From: Eubacteriales bacterium
GTDB taxonomy: Bacteria > Bacillota > Clostridia > Oscillospirales > CAG-272
NCBI GenBank assembly: GCA_045636605.1
Contig: JAZTXV010000022.1
Location: 9,883 to 73,882 of the forward strand
Length of the DNA stretch: 64,000 nt
Direction of reading: 5' to 3'
The notes below the pieces were generated by a model. That model was not told the origin of the DNA and made no database searches. It worked only from the letters and a program-made list of their open reading frames with translations. The translations under genes and the position numbers were made by a program. Shown piece after piece: positions 42,401 through 50,953 of this stretch. How positions within the stretch are numbered: the first letter of the stretch is position 1; each line of letters begins with the position of its first letter.

Positions 42401-43077
42401 TCGAGGGCTTGGTAGAGCCTGTATCGTCGGTTGAAAGGTTTAAGCTTTGCATAAAGGATCTTTACAAGCTCTATAAGGACAGAGTTGCTCAGCGTAACGA
42501 AAGTGAGGAGCTTACAGAGTTCACACCTCGCTTCCTCGTTGTTCACTCAATCCAAAGATATGCGAGCATCTTTAATGAAAACCCAACGCTTAGCCTGAGC
42601 GACGAGGGCACCCCCAACAGCGAACCGAGCGCACCGACGCCCGCCGCAACGGGAAGCCTGTTCACCGCAGGAAGCCTGTTCTCAAGCGCATCGGCTCCCG
42701 TTACTCCGTCAAGTGCGCCGAAATCTGTATCAAGCATCCTGTTCAACTCCGCAGTTAAGGAGCTTCTCACCGAGGGCGGAGCATACGGAATTCATTTTAT
42801 CGTATCAATCGACAATCCTCTCGGCATCGGTGCTATCAAGGAGGACCTCAAGAGCAGTATGTCGATCAAGCTTCTTACAAAGGGTATTGACAGCAACGCA
42901 ACGGCTCACCTTTTGAGTGGTGACTATAAGGCGGCAGGAAGCCTCAACAACCCGAAGGTTGCTCTTGTTGCTATTGCCGATGAGCGTACTAAGATAAGAG
43001 TTTACCGCTACGATGCAGAGCAGGACGGCGGCTGGTACAAGAGGCTTTGCGAAGCATACAAGAAGCTCGGAGGCTAA
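39490..43077 (+). CDS. FtsK/SpoIIIE-family (EssC/EccC-like) ATPase, soluble
   Basis: GGTGSGKS Walker A, YSPEELNIYLLDLKEGVEF, IIDEIQELF, KQGRAFGI..ASQ; degenerate ATPase-like domains on both sides; no TM stretch seen. Confidence 0.9.
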   Translation: MIEITKIMEVIGRINSNCTTIDNLEVKLTTEYKREKRTVESSCTEMVAEMRQKYDAFKDKHFLSIKRDINELIDLLKKDYSQEWASVSVSTAEFSRNSYEENEKLLHKIIDELNTGIGKLNAVDFDKLVPPVKIEVNGETFTTFTGNHENKTTYDTSTRKREMIRDPLPIKELATEVFGHCKRALACIDALIMLYDRQFDIGSFAAFVDDSAAAWMAEFESKIRTRYVKSFDELFVDETAGAIPKSFFVELDEDGKNSDVDVVVGASGFNRSINIGDIKLLVEDEPKHLKYIQGSPVLDRYLENGYLSAPLILDLKKCGNIVLNVDEENYSDKTIDFVNQLIMQFLLSFPANRINFCLVDVDNKMEFSQFKKLTKINNDILLGGIVRDDRKLEDTIKDMEMRMYKVNDDVLSYNGVEDIYEYNDRFKANPQNVHLFVLSNFPSGMRDETARKVLKLIQAGNKAGIYTIVINNESCNLGSMFKANEYQHFMQNVSSNALVINKVGDRFTLDLDTPNYFEPKTDIRTSQLDSIIEMLKDHATQLNKVVIPLEQMFEDTDAMEKSPKGIPPTASLVEIPIGARGGELQTLALPTNGDVHAVAIGGTGSGKSNLLHTIIMSACYKYSPEELNIYLLDLKEGVEFKYYENHRLPHIKLLGVDLKEDIFSALAILKNLQNEITRRGAIFRECGVSQIDEYVAKGKKMPRILVIIDEIQELFEIDEKIGQEAVAQLATLFKQGRAFGINILWASQNVPNFPGLKTKVLSQIKNRISLRLNDPDDALSIGIDPKAVKNLNRPEKGLGVINDIRYGNDSVEFRVAYAYGVDERTTFSDKIVKKWKKVTDAVPQAPMFIVGGNEDPSPIEGETLFTRIPTENDIVYNESGMYNIQLGQDYVAGKPFNINIPIGGEKANVIVAGVDVEISRDMMGYALLSLIANRVTDSQSARENAKIYYANGEMINPRNSSDLFNVIRTDFEGLVEPVSSVERFKLCIKDLYKLYKDRVAQRNESEELTEFTPRFLVVHSIQRYASIFNENPTLSLSDEGTPNSEPSAPTPAATGSLFTAGSLFSSASAPVTPSSAPKSVSSILFNSAVKELLTEGGAYGIHFIVSIDNPLGIGAIKEDLKSSMSIKLLTKGIDSNATAHLLSGDYKAAGSLNNPKVALVAIADERTKIRVYRYDAEQDGGWYKRLCEAYKKLGG

Positions 43078-43079
43078 CC

Positions 43080-43355
43080 GTGGCAGACGTAATTATTGAC
43101 GAGAGGGCGTTAGAGGAAGCCTCAGCGACCGTTAGAGTCTATCTATCAGGCTTAGACAGCGTCCTTAACGACGCCATAAGAAAAATCCAAGCATCCGCAG
43201 GAGATTGGAACGACGAGGACTACGAAAATCTGTTATCTGCCATAAGCTCATTTATGGCAGATATGGAGTCCCTCAAGGCAGGCGGGGAAGAGATTTTGTC
43301 AAGACTAAACGCAAAGATAGAGGCAATCCACAGATTGCGAAACATAACCATTTGA
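43080..43355 (+). CDS. WXG100-like helical hairpin protein (WND)
   Basis: 91 aa, amphipathic helices, central W-N-D; GTG start 2 nt after the ATPase stop. Confidence 0.7.
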   Translation: MADVIIDERALEEASATVRVYLSGLDSVLNDAIRKIQASAGDWNDEDYENLLSAISSFMADMESLKAGGEEILSRLNAKIEAIHRLRNITI

Positions 43356-43365
43356 GGTGACCTTT

Positions 43366-44283
43366 ATGGAATTTACAGGCATAGAGCAAGAGAATATCCT
43401 TACTGTCGAGAGGCTGTTTGAGAAAATCGACATTCAGGCAAGCGCCTCTGCCGAGGACATCACGGAGAGGGACGGACTTGACATTCCCGTCGGCATACGA
43501 GACGAGGATGGTGAAATACAGAATATTGTCCTTAAATCAAGCCTTTGTATAAGCAGCGTAGTCGTTGCGGGTAGTACAGGAACGGGAAAAACCAACCTTC
43601 TTAACACGATTTTGCTCAGCGCCTGCTACAAATACAGCCCCGAGGAGCTTGAGGTATATATTCTCGATTTCAATCAATATCATAGCGGATACGATCTTTA
43701 CAGGGATTGTCATCTTCCGCATCTGAGCCTGTTTAAGCCCTGCTTGGATAAAAACCCCTTCGATTTGCTTGATGTCCTAAGGGGCTTTGAGGACGAGATG
43801 ATTCGACGTGTCCAAGCATTTAATGAGGGCGGCGTCCGCCACGATTTTGACAGCTACATTCGCGCAGGCAACAAAATGAAAAGAATTCTCGTTATCGTTG
43901 ACGCAATTGAGGAGCTTTTCAGAAACGAGCAGGTAGCGGACGAGGCAGCCGATTTGCTCCGCAGCATTATAAATCGGGCAAGGCTAACAGGAATTCATTT
44001 TGTGCTTTCATTTGAGGATCTTATCTGTGTTCCGAGAATGAAAATGAAGGTGATAGCGGGACTCTGCGCAAGAGTTAGCTTACAGCTTGCCGATCCGTAC
44101 GATGCCTGCGTGCTAATGTTAAATCCCGATTCGGTTAAGGAGCTTGACGGCATCGCAGCTGCAGTTATAAATGATACTCGGTACGGCAGAGAATGTATCA
44201 AATTCCGCACAGCATACGCACACCCCACTGAGCGAAGGGCAGAGCTTGCTTTGCAAATCGCTGAAAAATGGAGAAAAATATAA
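43366..44283 (+). CDS. Single-domain FtsK paralog with degenerate Walker B
   Basis: GSTGTGKT, SACYKYSPEEL identical to the large ATPase, IVDAIEELF; RBS GAGGTG before ATG 43366. Confidence 0.85.
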   Translation: MEFTGIEQENILTVERLFEKIDIQASASAEDITERDGLDIPVGIRDEDGEIQNIVLKSSLCISSVVVAGSTGTGKTNLLNTILLSACYKYSPEELEVYILDFNQYHSGYDLYRDCHLPHLSLFKPCLDKNPFDLLDVLRGFEDEMIRRVQAFNEGGVRHDFDSYIRAGNKMKRILVIVDAIEELFRNEQVADEAADLLRSIINRARLTGIHFVLSFEDLICVPRMKMKVIAGLCARVSLQLADPYDACVLMLNPDSVKELDGIAAAVINDTRYGRECIKFRTAYAHPTERRAELALQIAEKWRKI

Positions 44284-44303
44284 ACATTACAAGGAGAAAA
44301 AAG

Positions 44304-44570
44304 ATGGCTTTTACTATTTCAGCAGAAGCGGCTAACAAGGCTATACAGTATTCGTCTGAGGCAATTCAAAGCCTTGCAGCCAACATAAACACGATGGACA
44401 CAGTTGTAAACTCAAACTTTTCGGGCCTGCAGGACCCGTCATTCCGTCGATATATCGAGCTTTCCGAGCAAATGCAGGGAATGCTAAGACAGGTTGGCAC
44501 TAAGATTGAAGCAGTCCAGGAATATTGCCAAAAGGTAATCAGATGGATTCAAGAATACGGAGAAACCTAA
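44304..44570 (+). CDS. WXG100-like small protein (LQD)
   Basis: 88 aa helical, central GLQD; RBS AAGGAG. Confidence 0.65.
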   Translation: MAFTISAEAANKAIQYSSEAIQSLAANINTMDTVVNSNFSGLQDPSFRRYIELSEQMQGMLRQVGTKIEAVQEYCQKVIRWIQEYGET

Positions 44571-44585
44571 TAGGAGGACGAAAAA

Positions 44586-44861
44586 ATGGACGCATTAAAG
44601 CTGGATCCCAATTTGCTTGACGAAACGGCTCAGGCAATCACAAATTATTGCAATATGCAAAACCAGGTAATCGAGGATTATCTTTCAAAAATGAGCGCAC
44701 TTCAGGGCGAGTGGACAGACGACCAAACAATAGGGCCGCTTCTTGAGGAGATAAGGAATCTCAAATCCTCTGTTGTCGAGCTTATGGGACAAATCAACGG
44801 CTACTACCCCGGCTATTTCAGACAAAAGGCTGAGGAAATCAGAAACAGACCTACATTCTAA
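44586..44861 (+). CDS. WXG100-like protein (WTD)
   Basis: 91 aa, LDPNLL start, central EWTD; paralog of the N-terminus of 47271. Confidence 0.75.
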   Translation: MDALKLDPNLLDETAQAITNYCNMQNQVIEDYLSKMSALQGEWTDDQTIGPLLEEIRNLKSSVVELMGQINGYYPGYFRQKAEEIRNRPTF

Positions 44862-44881
44862 TCAGGCAAAAGAGAGAAAGC

Positions 44882-45136
44882 ATGGAACAGTACGGAGCAT
44901 TTTCTCAAGCCATCATCTCGCTTGACGGTGGCTTGAGCGAGGTAAGGGCGGCTTGGCAAGACCAAACCGCTCAAACCTACGATTCGATAAACGAAAATAT
45001 GAAGGCCTGTGCGGCAGCCGTATGGCAGGTTTATACAAACGCCGCAGGCCTTTACGAAATGGAAAAGAAAAACTATAACGAGAGCGAGTTTGAGCAATAC
45101 ATAAACGAGCTCGGCGCAAGAGCATCGGCGGTGTGA
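44882..45136 (+). CDS. WXG100-like protein (WQD)
   Basis: 84 aa helical, AAWQD motif. Confidence 0.65.
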   Translation: MEQYGAFSQAIISLDGGLSEVRAAWQDQTAQTYDSINENMKACAAAVWQVYTNAAGLYEMEKKNYNESEFEQYINELGARASAV

Positions 45137-45137
45137 T

Positions 45138-46820
45138 ATGGCAAGTATAAGGGCAGTAATGTCTGCAATAGAAAAATTTAATAGCCAAAGCAACGCAGGA
45201 TATTCGGAGCTGCTCGCTATGGCAAACGAAATCCTGGCACAAACCGAAAGGCTGTGTATGGAGGTCAAGGCAGATAAGGAAACGATAGACAATCAAATAT
45301 GTCGTGCATCTGCAATAAGGGACGAGGTCTCTCAAAAGGCAAGCTTCTACGAGCATCAAATGAACGGATATTATTCGGATATGAAGCGTGCCGAGGAGGA
45401 GATAGAATATGTAATGTCCCATCCGAAAACGAGAACAGTCACCGACGACGATGGTAATTCGTACGAGGTGGAGGAAATAGATTACGGCGCACTTGCCGCA
45501 GCCGAAAGAAGATACGAAAGCGCAAAGGAAAGCTATTATCATTTTGCGAACAAATATCAAGAAGCAGCGACAATAGCAGCCGATGCAGTACAGGTAATTG
45601 CAAAATTCGAGTCAATGGGAAAGGCAGTGGCATACGTTGCGGACTCCATTGAAGCGGCAACATACGAAATCAGAAAATTCATAAGACTTATGGAGGAGGA
45701 GGCAGAATACAACCTCCAAGCGCTCTCTGCGCTTATAAGCAGACTTGGAGAATATCTGTCCTCAAAGCCGATATTCCACCCCACAGGCTCAATTTCACTG
45801 AGCGCATCAGGTGGCGCATCAGGTGGCGCATCGGTCGGCTCGTCATCCTCGGTCGGCTACTCCGCCGGAGGTAGCTCTGCTTCGTCATCATCGGGAGTCA
45901 CAAGCGGCGCTGCGACCTCGGGTGGACCAAAGGAAGGCTTTTTAAGTGATTTGTTTTCTAAATGCTTCAACAGGGAAAACACTAAGTCTAAAGAAACTGT
46001 TGATATCGAAAATGCGGCTCACGAGGAATTTAAAAAATTATTAGCGTCTAAGAAAGAGATCGATATTGAAGCTCGAAATAAGGACACTTATGATTCAAAT
46101 AATGATATTGCGGGTGATGGCAATCTTTTCTACGGCGTTGGTGGAAAGCACTTAAAGCAAGCGAAAAAGGAGCTTTTGTGCAAGCAAGGCAACAATTCTC
46201 GAAATAAATTGATGCTTGCAAGCGAGAAAAAGGGCAAGAAAGAATATGCATATACCTTTAGCGGCACATGCGGACCAACAACTCTTGCCAATACCGGAAG
46301 ACAGCTCGGACTGTCAGAGTTAACCGAAGATAAGGTAGTAACCCTTGCATGTCAACTTGGATTGTGCAGACAACCCTCATATTCAGAGGATGGTAAGTAT
46401 ATTCTGCACACCGGTGGAGGAACGAATAACGAACAGATTGTGGCATTGGCGAAGCACCTTGAGCTTGAAGCGGCATATTCTCCGAGCTTAACTCTTGAAG
46501 AGCTTGACGAAACAATCAAGCGTGGAGGAGCTATGATGATGAGCGTGTATAGCGAGGATTTATCATCGAAATCGAACCCCGCAGAAAGAAAATTTAAGAA
46601 CACAAACCACTGGGTTACCGTCACAGGAGTTACAAGAGATTCTAACGGAAAAATAGCAGGAATAATGATTACCGATACGGGAGGACACGTCGAAAGCTGT
46701 GACGGTACCGATATCATCAGCATAGAAAAATTCAATGCGATGAGAAAAAATTCGGGTGATTTTGCAGGTGTTTGCCTATTCAAGCCTGAAGCTGAGGTTA
46801 AAAAAGGAGACGACGAATGA
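45138..46820 (+). CDS. Putative polymorphic effector: helical N-terminus, G/S linker, papain-like C39-type peptidase C-terminus
   Basis: KQG..GTCGPTTLAN (Cys), TNHWVTVTG (His), ITDTG (Asp). Confidence 0.7.
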   Translation: MASIRAVMSAIEKFNSQSNAGYSELLAMANEILAQTERLCMEVKADKETIDNQICRASAIRDEVSQKASFYEHQMNGYYSDMKRAEEEIEYVMSHPKTRTVTDDDGNSYEVEEIDYGALAAAERRYESAKESYYHFANKYQEAATIAADAVQVIAKFESMGKAVAYVADSIEAATYEIRKFIRLMEEEAEYNLQALSALISRLGEYLSSKPIFHPTGSISLSASGGASGGASVGSSSSVGYSAGGSSASSSSGVTSGAATSGGPKEGFLSDLFSKCFNRENTKSKETVDIENAAHEEFKKLLASKKEIDIEARNKDTYDSNNDIAGDGNLFYGVGGKHLKQAKKELLCKQGNNSRNKLMLASEKKGKKEYAYTFSGTCGPTTLANTGRQLGLSELTEDKVVTLACQLGLCRQPSYSEDGKYILHTGGGTNNEQIVALAKHLELEAAYSPSLTLEELDETIKRGGAMMMSVYSEDLSSKSNPAERKFKNTNHWVTVTGVTRDSNGKIAGIMITDTGGHVESCDGTDIISIEKFNAMRKNSGDFAGVCLFKPEAEVKKGDDE

Positions 46821-47245
46821 ATAACATAGAAAAAATAATATCGGCATGTCACTACCATAGAGAAAAAAGTCAATCGTTGTCCGTTCCGTTTATTGTCAAT
46901 GACAACGGAACAGCAAAGATATCATGCTTCACTTATGACGAGCAGGAATTTGACGATAAGAACATTGTTATATCTGTTGGCGAGGCTTTTTTGACCGATT
47001 ATGAAAAAATGCAGCTTGAAATTCTTAAGGTTACAGCTCAGCCCGACATTTTCCCGCTTGAAATCGTATATGACGATTCGGTAAGCATCACAAGAGAAAG
47101 CATAGATGCGTACTATGACTACCTTGACGAGATTATGTCAAACGGAAAAATAGACAAGGAAAAATACAAGAAACTCTTTTATACGATTTGCCCTAAAAGC
47201 CTGAAGCCTATTTATGACTTCTTCGGCGCAGAATTTATAGATTGA
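46817..47245 (+). CDS. Putative immunity protein for 45138
   Basis: Small acidic ORF overlapping the effector stop (ATGA). Confidence 0.55.
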   Translation: MNNIEKIISACHYHREKSQSLSVPFIVNDNGTAKISCFTYDEQEFDDKNIVISVGEAFLTDYEKMQLEILKVTAQPDIFPLEIVYDDSVSITRESIDAYYDYLDEIMSNGKIDKEKYKKLFYTICPKSLKPIYDFFGAEFID

Positions 47246-47270
47246 CACCTCTTTCAAAACGGAGAGAAAA

Positions 47271-48365
47271 ATGGACGAGCTTATTTTAGATCCCAACGCT
47301 CTTGCCGAGCTGGCAAGAATAATCGAAGAATATTGTGACAAGCAGTCGGCAATTCTTGAGGAATACCAATCGAATATGTTATCCCTCGAGAGCGAATGGG
47401 ATGACGACCAAACCTTTGGCGAAATGCTAAAGGAAATATTGTCGCTAAAGCAGCAAATCCAACAAATGCTTGGGCAATTCAAGGGCTTTTACCCGCAATT
47501 TTTCAGAGAAAAAGCAGAAAAAATCGCAGGACGCCCGATATTTACAGGCGCATCGGGCGGAATTGGCTCCTTTGGCGGATTTGTCAGTGGTGGCTATGGC
47601 TCGGGTGGCGCATCCTTTGGCGGAGCATCCGGTGGTGCTTCGGGCGCAGGCTCATTCGGCTCATCCCCGTCAAGTGTGGCGGGTGGCGATTTCGTCTCTG
47701 ACGGCAAAAGACCGACCTCGCTTAAAAAAACAAGACAAGAGTGGCATATCGACGGCTATGTCAAGACCTTCAACACCCCCGTTGAAACCGGAAAGCTGCT
47801 CAACTCCAACCAAGGCGTTCCGAAATCGCTTGGCGGAGAGGGCATTGACGGATTCAGAGGAACGTGCGGACTTGTCAGCGTCGAAAACGTCTTGCGTATG
47901 GCAGGCGTAAAAATCACCGAGGCGGAAATTGTGGAATACGCAAGAACGCATATCGGCAAGGGAGAAAGAATGCTCTGCACAACAAATAATACCCCGGGCA
48001 GAAACGGCGGCACGTACCCGGAGGACAGACAGGCAATTTTAAGACACTTCGGCATTGAATCCACAATCGAAAAATATTCCCTTGATACAATGGCGTCAGC
48101 CGTTGAGCAGGGCAGAGGAGTTATCGTGTCGGTTGATGCAAACGTGCTATGGCACGGCATAAGCGTAGCAGATAAGGCGTATCACGCCGTTACGGTAACA
48201 AGCATACAAAGAGATAAAGCAACGGGCGAAATCACAGGCGTTTACGTCTGCGACTCGGGCGCAAGAGGAAGCTCAAGCGCCGTGCTTGTCCCCGTTGAAA
48301 AAATGACCTATGCCCTTGAAAACGGCACAGGTAAAATGAACGTAACAAGCACAATAATAAGGTAA
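47271..48365 (+). CDS. Putative effector: WXG100-like domain, G/S linker, C39-type peptidase
   Basis: EWDDDQT N-terminal domain; NQG..GTCGLVSVENV, YHAVTVT, VCDSG triad. Confidence 0.75.
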   Translation: MDELILDPNALAELARIIEEYCDKQSAILEEYQSNMLSLESEWDDDQTFGEMLKEILSLKQQIQQMLGQFKGFYPQFFREKAEKIAGRPIFTGASGGIGSFGGFVSGGYGSGGASFGGASGGASGAGSFGSSPSSVAGGDFVSDGKRPTSLKKTRQEWHIDGYVKTFNTPVETGKLLNSNQGVPKSLGGEGIDGFRGTCGLVSVENVLRMAGVKITEAEIVEYARTHIGKGERMLCTTNNTPGRNGGTYPEDRQAILRHFGIESTIEKYSLDTMASAVEQGRGVIVSVDANVLWHGISVADKAYHAVTVTSIQRDKATGEITGVYVCDSGARGSSSAVLVPVEKMTYALENGTGKMNVTSTIIR

Positions 48366-48377
48366 GGGTGGTGCGAT

Positions 48378-48872
48378 ATGGAATATAACGAAATCATAAA
48401 CAGAGCAATGGATGCGTTTTATGAAAGCGGCAGAGATTTCCCATCCACTATGCTTTGCCCGATATTAGAGCACGATAACGAAGGCAACGTGGTTGACAGA
48501 TTTTTGATGTGTGACGTCGTACGAAATTTCCAAAACGGAAAAATCGAAGGCATTGACGGCCCATACGAAATTTATCAGCAACGAACAGATACAGATACCA
48601 TAGGCGAATTTTTGAAGCCCGAGCAAGTAAGGTCAACTCCAAAGGAGAATGCGCCTCCTCTCACAGACGGAGTGAGCATCTCGGAATTTTCGGCGCTTTA
48701 TTTGCAGGTAAGAGAATTCGTATTCAAAAAACAGATAACAAATGCTCAAGCGGAGGCTCTTGTAAGACTCTTAACCATTTACGAGGAGCTTTTTGAGGCG
48801 GAATTTCAAGCGTTGTATCAAAGCTACGGCGCAGGCTTCTTCGATTGGGCACATTCTACGGTAAGGAGTTAA
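48378..48872 (+). CDS. Putative immunity protein for 47271
   Basis: Directly downstream of the effector; weak similarity to 46817 (P....DN.G; Y..[FY]GA.F). Confidence 0.55.
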   Translation: MEYNEIINRAMDAFYESGRDFPSTMLCPILEHDNEGNVVDRFLMCDVVRNFQNGKIEGIDGPYEIYQQRTDTDTIGEFLKPEQVRSTPKENAPPLTDGVSISEFSALYLQVREFVFKKQITNAQAEALVRLLTIYEELFEAEFQALYQSYGAGFFDWAHSTVRS

Positions 48873-48876
48873 GATA

Positions 48877-49170
48877 ATGGACAAAATAAGTGTAACCGAC
48901 GGCGCACTCTCATCTGTCAGAAGCACACTTGAGGCGCTAAAGAGTGAGCTTAGCACGGTAACGGGGCAATGCTCCTCGACTCTGAACGGAGCGCTTGACA
49001 GCTTAGACGAAAGCATAAGGGGCGCAATCGCAGAATTCGCCGAGGCAATCCAAGCCTTCAGTCAAGCGGTGGCAAACTGCGTTGACGAAAACGTTGCCGC
49101 AATCGACGAGAGACTTTCGAAGCTTCCCCCGTACGAATCACAAATATATCAAAGAAGAAATATAGGTTAA
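48877..49170 (+). CDS. WXG100-like small helical protein (LDE)
   Basis: 97 aa, ISVTDGAL start, two long amphipathic helices. Confidence 0.6.
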   Translation: MDKISVTDGALSSVRSTLEALKSELSTVTGQCSSTLNGALDSLDESIRGAIAEFAEAIQAFSQAVANCVDENVAAIDERLSKLPPYESQIYQRRNIG

Positions 49171-49179
49171 GCGAAGGAA

Positions 49180-50943
49180 ATGGATTTTAAAAAGTCAATA
49201 ACACAGCATTTAGAACGAAAATATGTTCAAATGCTTAACAGAGAAGCGCCGATACCATATACAGAGGCAGTCGGCATTGATAACAGCGACTCGTATAGCG
49301 AGAAAAGAGAAAAATATTACAGTCGACTCTCTCGGGAAAAGAACGAGTTTAACCAATCGGTAGTCAAAATAACAGATGCCGAGGCGGCTCGCTTGGGCGC
49401 AGAAAATGACGAGCTTGAAAGAATAGCGATGGCGAAATTCAGAAGGACAAGGGCAATAAGAACAATACTGTTCATTTTGCCCGTGATAGTTGCCGCCCTC
49501 GTCGGACTTGACGTGTTCACCGAATCGCACGGCCACATGGATACAATCCAATACGATTTGGGAATAGACCTTGGATGGATAATATTCTTCTATGTTTTAT
49601 TCTGCCTTGCGGCGCTCGTCGGATCGGCAATTCTGCTCAACATTTCAATGTACTCAAACGAAATGTACATAGATCGCACAACGATAATCGGCAAGAAAAA
49701 ATACAACACAATAGCTATCGTTGTATTCGCTCTTACCTTAATAATCGTGCTGATTAACGCATTTCAGCTTATTCAAAATCTCGGCAAAGGCAAGATCGTT
49801 TTGGTAGGCGCTGACCGCAGAGAGATAAAATATTTTGAAAGCGGCACGGAGTTTGTTTTCCCCGAGCCAAAAAAGGCTGACGAGAAAAAAGAGGACCATT
49901 TCATAAGATACACCTTCACGCATTGGGAAATAGGAGATGAAAAATACAATGCGGGAGATACCATAGCCCTTGACGGCTGGTACACTGCAACCGCTGTTTT
50001 TGAGGACAGAAAATGGGCAACCCTTTCGTTTTCATTCTCCAATTCGTCAATGTCCGTTGAATATGACGGCAAGACAATCAGTGTAAAATCGGGCGACCAA
50101 ATTGAGATTCCGTGCGGAACGCAGGTTAAGGTAGAGGTGGATTTCTATTATTCGGATACCTCGTTTACCGTGAACGGTAGCAGTGCAAAAAACCCGCATA
50201 GCTTCACACTGTCCTCGAACATGAGGTTCTCTGCTACAAGCTCCAGCCCGGGATGTATCGCTCCCGGAACGGAAATCGTTCTTTTTGACGGAACGGTAAA
50301 GCTTGTCGAGGAGCTTGAAATGGGAGATATGCTCCTGGTGTTCAACCACGAAAGCGGAAAATACGAGGCGCATCCGCTTCTTGCCAATATTCACGCAAAT
50401 ACAGCGCCCGACTACTTTGATGTAATAAAGCTCACGTTCTCAAACGGCAAGGAGCTTAAAATAATTGACGAGCACGGGCTTTTTGATAAGAGCCTGAATC
50501 GCTATGTTTACCTGAACGCAGAAAATGCGGGTGATTTCATAGGTCACCGCTTTGCTTGCGTTGAGCGTAGCGGCTCAGATGTGGTAACCTCGGATACAGT
50601 CTTGGAGAGCGTTACCATAACAAACGAGCTTACAAAAATCTACAATCCCGCATCAATTTGGCATATAAACCTCGTTGCAAACGATTTTCTGACGCTTTCG
50701 GCAGGTATGGTGAATTTGTTTGAATACGACGAGAATATGAAATACGATGAGGAAAAAATGCTAAGCGATATTGAAAAATACGGCTTGTTCACCTACGAGG
50801 ATTTCAAGGACTACGTGCCGTATGAGGTATATCAGATATTCCCATTCAAGTATTATAAGGTAGCAATCTCAAAGGGAGAGTTTACATACCAACGATTGCT
50901 CGGACTTATAGCGCTATACAATAACCCGGACTCTATAAGGTAA
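49180..50943 (+). CDS. Membrane protein: shared N-terminal domain, 3 TM, InlB-like repeats, Hint autoprocessing domain and C-terminal tail
   Basis: PG/CIAPGTEIVLFDGTVKLVEELEMGD (Hint block A), ELKIIDEHGLF (block B), KIYNP...NLVANDFLT. Confidence 0.8.
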   Translation: MDFKKSITQHLERKYVQMLNREAPIPYTEAVGIDNSDSYSEKREKYYSRLSREKNEFNQSVVKITDAEAARLGAENDELERIAMAKFRRTRAIRTILFILPVIVAALVGLDVFTESHGHMDTIQYDLGIDLGWIIFFYVLFCLAALVGSAILLNISMYSNEMYIDRTTIIGKKKYNTIAIVVFALTLIIVLINAFQLIQNLGKGKIVLVGADRREIKYFESGTEFVFPEPKKADEKKEDHFIRYTFTHWEIGDEKYNAGDTIALDGWYTATAVFEDRKWATLSFSFSNSSMSVEYDGKTISVKSGDQIEIPCGTQVKVEVDFYYSDTSFTVNGSSAKNPHSFTLSSNMRFSATSSSPGCIAPGTEIVLFDGTVKLVEELEMGDMLLVFNHESGKYEAHPLLANIHANTAPDYFDVIKLTFSNGKELKIIDEHGLFDKSLNRYVYLNAENAGDFIGHRFACVERSGSDVVTSDTVLESVTITNELTKIYNPASIWHINLVANDFLTLSAGMVNLFEYDENMKYDEEKMLSDIEKYGLFTYEDFKDYVPYEVYQIFPFKYYKVAISKGEFTYQRLLGLIALYNNPDSIR

Positions 50944-50953
50944 GGAGATAAAA

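Noticed and set aside
39490-43077. Cell-division FtsK or conjugative coupling protein
   Set aside because: No N-terminal TMs or gamma domain, no relaxase/T4SS genes, and neighbours are WXG100-like
50254-50700. True splicing intein
   Set aside because: No terminal His-Asn followed by Cys/Ser/Thr, no endonuclease, and not inserted in a conserved host enzyme
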